A stretch of DNA of 64,000 bases from the human T2T-CHM13v2.0 reference genome, Homo sapiens. Position 1 is the stretch's first letter. Every line of letters starts with the position of its first letter. The DNA is taken from NCBI RefSeq assembly GCF_009914755.1, contig NC_060931.1. One strand, given 5' to 3'. Position numbers and translations under genes: made by a program. The notes under the pieces were generated by a model that was not told the DNA's origin, made no database searches, and saw nothing but the letters and a program-made list of their open reading frames with translations. Of the stretch, positions 63,175 to 64,000 are shown in pieces.

Positions 63175-63651
63175 GTTGTTCATGTCCTGATCCCAGAACC
63201 AATGAATTTGTCACCTTCCATGACAAAAGGACTCTGCAGATGCAAGGAAGGGTCTTGAGATGAGCAGATTATCCTGAATTATTCAGGTAGCACAGTGTAA
63301 TCACAGAGTCCCTCCAGGAGTCCCTCCAGGAGAGGCAGGAGGGCCAGAGTCAGAGAAGGAGGGGTGATAACAGAGCAGGGGTCGGAGAGGACAGGAGAGA
63401 GATGCCAACCGACCTGGAGATACTACACTGCTTGCTTTCAGAGGGAGGAATGGGCCATGAGCCAAGGGATACATGTGACCTCCAGAAAGTGGAAAAGGCA
63501 AGGAAATGGATCCTCCTCTGGAGCCTCCAGAAGAAACCAGCCCTGCTGGCACCTGGATTTTAGCTCCATGAGACTTCTGACCTCCAGAACTCTAAGGTAA
63601 TAAGTTTGTGTTGTTTTAAGCCTTATAGCAGCAATAGGAAAAAGTAATACA
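63175..63651. mobile_element. MLT1(D)-like solo LTR, opposite orientation to the preceding LTR
   Basis: gattatcctgaatt...gagccaaggg...ggcaaggaaatggatcctcctctggagcctccagaag...gcagcaataggaaaagtaataca. Confidence 0.85.
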
Positions 63652-64000
63652 ATCTCCCATTCTGGAAATATTTTGGAAGCTGTGAAAATTAGGGAATAGT
63701 CAGAATAATGAGAAACTAAAGAAAAGTTGGAGATCAAGGGAACATACCAAAGGAAATGAGGGAGAGAAGGACAGAAAGAGAAATCAAGAAATGCGAAGGG
63801 AGGGACTGATAAGACATTCTGAAAGTGCCTTATTCCCTGTAAAGGATGTATGCTGGCCTGGGGAAGACTATGACGTTAGAGAATTTAAAATGCAAAGCAC
63901 ATACAATATGACGACATTGGTTGTGGACCCTGAGCCTCTAGGAAAGGAGTCTAGCAATCCATTCAACAAATATTTCCACCATGTCATCTGACCGCACTTA

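Overview
Human genomic DNA, recognisable as chr7p11.2 immediately downstream of EGFR. The window opens on the last 15 codons of EGFR (YLRVAPQSSEFIGA*, + strand), followed by its ~6 kb 3'UTR with several poly(A) signals, an A13 tract and miRNA seed sites. The rest is non-coding and repeat-rich: a full-length antisense SVA (SVA_F-like), a near full-length old L1PA, an older L1M, about a dozen Alus (including an AluYa5), LTRs (MLT2A2, MER4A1, MLT1) and DNA-transposon relics. It also holds a CpG island at ~49-50.4 kb that is probably the promoter of the convergent lncRNA ELDR, and a processed CALM1 pseudogene (CALM1P2). Every ORF in the supplied track is repeat-derived, pseudogenic or spurious. 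I found no convincing new protein-coding system. The most interesting unexplained structures are a 14-nt extra segment at the SVA 5' junction, a ~165-bp templated local duplication, an apparent ~3.7 kb ancient inversion splitting a Charlie transposon, a hairpin-bearing 65-bp minisatellite, reverse-oriented CTCF motifs in the CpG island, and segments that may be donors to subtelomeric duplications. Repeat subfamily calls and gene names rest on recall of consensus sequences, not on searches.
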